From the NCBI RefSeq assembly GCF_000315625.1, contig NW_005434672.1, positions 899,374 through 963,373 on the forward strand: DNA of 64,000 bases. Reading direction: 5' to 3'. A program made the position numbers and the translations under genes. The stretch's first letter is position 1, and every line of letters starts with the position of its first letter. Shown here one piece after another: positions 60,093-64,000 of this stretch. Below the pieces are notes generated by a model, which saw only the letters and a list, made by a program, of their open reading frames with translations, was not told the DNA's origin and searched no databases. The stretch is from Guillardia theta CCMP2712. Lineage: Eukaryota > Protista > Cryptophyta.

Positions 60093-63000
60093 TCACGTTT
60101 TATCTTCTCTCGAACTTGATCGTCGTGAGAAGTCGATAGGGGAGGCTGGTGAGCCGAAGTGGCTGCCAAAGGCAAGGGAGGAAGGCCTCTTGGAGAGGAA
60201 GGTGAGGGAGCGAGGAAAGAGGGAGAAGAAGATCACAATAGCGGGAATTGCAGCTAAGCAAGTTGCCACAGCGATCTGGAAATCGAGATGAGAGGGAGGA
60301 GAGGAGGAGAGGAGGAGGGGAGGAGGGGAGGAGAGGACGAGAGGAGGAGAGGAGGAGAGGAGGAGATTAGAAAAGATCATGTTGACGTGGAGAAGAAGAG
60401 AAAAATGAGAGAATCGTCAAGAGGGAGATAAGAGTGAGGAAGAGAGAGGTATAGAATTATGGTTAACTCACTGGGATAGCAGTGTTCACTTGGCTTGAGC
60501 TGCTCAGGGATGAAGACTTGTTGGCCATCTCAACAACTACATCGTCAGCTTGCAACTGGAGTGAAAATTATTCCCCACATCAAACCGAGTTTGTCAAGTC
60601 CTACCTGACGTACAATCAGATATCGAGCTGTGGGTAGAATTTCTGTCACATCAAAAGACATGTTCAGAGTTGTTACAACTGTTTGTATGAGCGACCTCTC
60701 AAACTTCCATCTGACGCCGACTTGACGAGCTTGTAGACCATCTTGACATGGGAAGTGGGATCCAGAGGAGAAGCAAGCAGCCGGAAGGTGATGGCAGTGA
60801 ACTTCAGCTTCTGTGTGTTTTCTGATGTCTGCGGTGTATACAGGTCGTTCTGAGCGAGTCAAGGGTGAGAAGGAGAGACATGTTTGATACTTCACTGTCA
60901 CCTGAGAAGATAACAAGAACTGATTCTTATCATAAAGTCCCAGCAGAGTTGTCTGAAGAAAAACAACATCAGACCTCACTTGCCTGACTTCATCTACTTG
61001 ACGTGTTTGTTTTCTCACTCACCATCGCTATCTGGACGTCCCCCAGGCTGGTGATGTTGCTCGCATTGCTCGCATTCGTCTAACAACCAAGGTCAGTTAC
61101 GTTTTCTTCTTTTCCTCTCTTCTGATCTTCTTCTGTTCACTTCTCCTCTCTTCCAACCTGCTTGACAAAAGCCAGTCCAACCTCCTTCCAGCTGTCAAGA
61201 TACCTAACAGCCCCGCCGACTCCCTTGCAGCAAAGTTATGAAGGGTAGGGAAAGAAGAGGAGAATATGGATGACAAGATGAGGAGGAGGCAGTGAAGGAG
61301 AAGCAAACCAGGTTGGTACCTGCGCAACGCACTGGCAGGCAGAGTTGATGGTTCGGGGAACGTATCCTGAAATGAGCACATGGCATTCACTTAAACAGGC
61401 AAGAGAGAGAAGGAGGGATTGCGAAAAAAAAAAGAAGAGGGAGAAAGGAGGAGAAAGGAGGAGAAAGGAGGAGAAAGGAGGAGATAGGAGGAGTCGAAGT
61501 CAAGAGGATGACGTAAGGAACAAACCCGCAGGACAAGCAGAGCAGTCGTCTTGAGCAATCCCAGATTGCATCAGCTGCATTCTCGAATGAGCGAATAAAG
61601 CAAGAACGGAGAATGCCTACAGTGACAGTGACAGCAACAGGAACGATAATAGTGTTACTTGGCACGGTGCAGATTATCATCTTAGATGAAATCTGCCCAC
61701 AAGCTTCACAATCCGGAGACTAGATGCATGTAAGTAAAGGTGGCGATGGAAGATATCAATAACCATTCGCAAGGAGCAGATCTGTCCGGCTATTTTCACT
61801 TCAACTTGAAGAAATTCATTGTTAGGATCTCCAAAGTTTTCTCTGCCAGCAGAAAAGCTCAACAGTTATTTCTTTCGAGCACTTGTTTTCACCCCACAAC
61901 AGTGAGAGGAAGCCCTCCGCCATAAGGAACAAGTGAAGGCTGCAGGTAGAGTGAGGAACATGGCACTGACCACGAAGGGAGCAAACATTTATGGTAGAGA
62001 TGGACGGACTTGCATAGTTGAACCAACACAATCTCTACGAGATGGATCAGAAGTGTGATCGAAGAAGAAGAGAAAAACAAAATGAACTCAGACAAATGAA
62101 GAAAGAATGTACCGATTCAGTAGGCACACAAGTCACGGATGGAAGGCCAACAACCTGTTCTTTCAAGTCATGATGTTGCGGTCAGAAAAGAAAAGAGAAC
62201 ACACGGGAGTGAGACTGACTGGATGTTGAGATCCAAATCCGCCAGGAACGACACATGTTATCGTAGAGCTTGAAAGGACCTCTCGACAGAATCAGCATGA
62301 CGAATGAAGTCATCTGCGTTCACTTTGATGTTTGTACAAGAACTTGAGCCAATAGACACCAACATCTGGTTTTGCTGATTCTGGATCCCTTGCAAACATC
62401 TGCCCACCATGGTAATGGTCTGACCACCTTTGCTCTTTCAACTCAGATGAAACCACGGGAGAAAGAAACATTCCTACCATCTGTGGGACCAACGACAGGA
62501 TAAATGTAGAGAAGATTTTGAGGACTCGATGCGCAACTCGTTGCAGTCAACGTGAGAGAATCCTTTGAGTCCAGTCAATGAACATCGAAACGCAACAATC
62601 TGACGCATCTAACTGACTTGAGACTCCTGACAAGGTCCAGAGATACACTTGAGAGTACCAAAGCAAGAAGTACCACTGCAATGATATCACAAGTCTCGAA
62701 CATGGTAATGAGCCGAAAGGTCGGCGTGATAAAAAATACAATCAAGTGTACATACCTGATGGACCAGAACGCACTGTCATTGACTCGCAGATCAAAATTC
62801 ACAACACCAAATTTCGAGACTGCGGAGATGAGATTGAAGCTGTTGGAACACGAGGACAACTTTGCATTGTCGTCTGCAAGGCTCCAACTTGGCAATGCGA
62901 TAGTAGCAGTACAATCCCACGGCCTCACTTCTGTTATAGTCAGAGTTCCAGTGGGACAAACATCTGAACAAGAGCAATAGTCGAAAATGTACTGTCGCAT

Positions 63001-63870
63001 GGCTATGTACGAGCGCGAAAATGTGTAACAAGTAGTCAAATTCGCAACGCCAGTCAGCGATGCTGGATTAGAGAGTTCTGGCAAACACATCTGAAGAATA
63101 GTATCCGTCAGAGACGAAACCCCATTGATGATCGCATGACCTGCATTCCGACATTTGTACCTGACGTTAGGATTGACAATGTTGCATTCAAGCAACAAGC
63201 CGTGCAGTTCAAGATGAAGGACTGGAATGAAGAGTGAGTAACAAAGGTTAGGTCGACCAGGACGAGTATACCTGCCATTCTTGAGCTCTATCCTTCGAGC
63301 TATAGATTGGTTGCAGCATTCTTGAAAAATTCAACATGCAAATTTCAACTGGAAAAGCCACTCCATCCAACGAAATGAGTGACTTGGAAGATATGGATGT
63401 GACAAAACTCTGATCCCACGATCTGTGAAGAGTTGCAACATCAATGAAGAAAACAATACAAAGATAGTGAACTTTGACATCACCCAATATTGTTTTGATC
63501 CACAATATGCCAGTTCATAACTAGTTTGCTCGTTTGTGTGTCAACAGAAACAATCAGGTCCTAAGGACAGCAAAAGTCAAAATGTCCCGGGCACACTCTT
63601 TGTACATACTACAATTCTTGCAGGCAACGCCTCCGAGCCTCTTCTGCACCATTCGCACCGTCAGCTAAGACTGTAGACAAGAAACGAAGGAAACTGACCC
63701 ATTGGTTGCGACCCTTCCCGACAACCAGGTCCCCTGGATGGCCTTCATGGACATCAAGGCATCGCTTCCGGCTCCTCCGACCCCATAACTCAGAGAGAGA
63801 AGAAAAAAGCGAAAAAGCATCTGCGATGAAATCCATGAGACTATGAATCTGATGTATGTGAGTGAACACA
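60093..63870 (-). CDS. Intron-rich type-I membrane protein with a Cys-rich region and two IPT/TIG domains (boundaries approximate)
   Basis: Spliced segments include YPVVGPTDG|GQTITMVG...VSIGSSSCTNIK|VLSSSTITCVVPGGFG and FNYASPSI...GGGLPLTVVG|ENFG...VKIAGQIC...IICTVP. TM IAVATCLAAIPAIVIFFSLF lies near 60270-60215; a signal-like MLFRFFLLSLSYG lies near 63820. Confidence 0.6.
60290..60367 (+). repeat. GA-rich microsatellite (GGAGAGGA-like), probably intronic
   Basis: Run of gaggaggagag-type units. Confidence 0.7.
61441..61490 (+). repeat. 10-bp tandem repeat GAGAAAGGAG x5 (last copy has 1 mismatch)
   Basis: Read directly from the sequence. Confidence 0.85.
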
Positions 63871-64000
63871 CAGAGCAGCAGGCGGTTTACATGTGATAGA
63901 ATATCAGTCAGTGAACAACAAGTGTTGTTGTCATTCCAATAGTCATTTCACGGCTTTGCTCCTCTCTATCTTCATCTCGGATCTCGTCACACTGCCCACT

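Noticed and set aside
262-63870. Rhodopsin, K+ channel, PKD1-like receptor and NWD protein as one co-regulated sensory gene cluster
   Set aside because: No shared motif or other linkage is visible, unrelated genes are interspersed, and adjacency in a compact eukaryotic genome is weak evidence without synteny or co-expression data

Overview
Eukaryotic nuclear DNA with compact genes and mostly 40-60 nt spliceosomal introns, GA/CT-rich low-complexity tracts, a bipartite signal+Phe plastid presequence and a type-1 rhodopsin. By inference this fits a cryptophyte alga such as Guillardia. About 57% of the window is one giant, apparently intron-free gene (262-36512, about 12,080 aa). It encodes a signal peptide, dozens of IPT/TIG-like repeats, filamin-type Ig repeats, a REJ/GAIN-GPS-like region and about 5 polycystin-1-like TM helices. 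It is broken by one frame shift at a canonical C-CCT-TTC slippery heptamer. It also contains four families of dispersed, in-frame, near-identical DNA cassettes that each run from pyrimidine-rich to purine-rich. Downstream lie a small plastid-targeted membrane protein, a signal peptide-WW-YHYH protein, a voltage-gated K+ channel with a CNBD, and an acylated NWD-type NACHT-WD40 protein whose Walker A lacks the Lys. Further on are an LRR relic, a truncated homoserine-dehydrogenase-like protein and a TMEM18 homologue. These are followed by a bacteriorhodopsin-like rhodopsin with an unusual M-T-L motif and a ~290-aa glycosylated ectodomain, and a second IPT/TIG membrane protein on the minus strand. 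All exon structures were deduced by eye, and no database searches were run.
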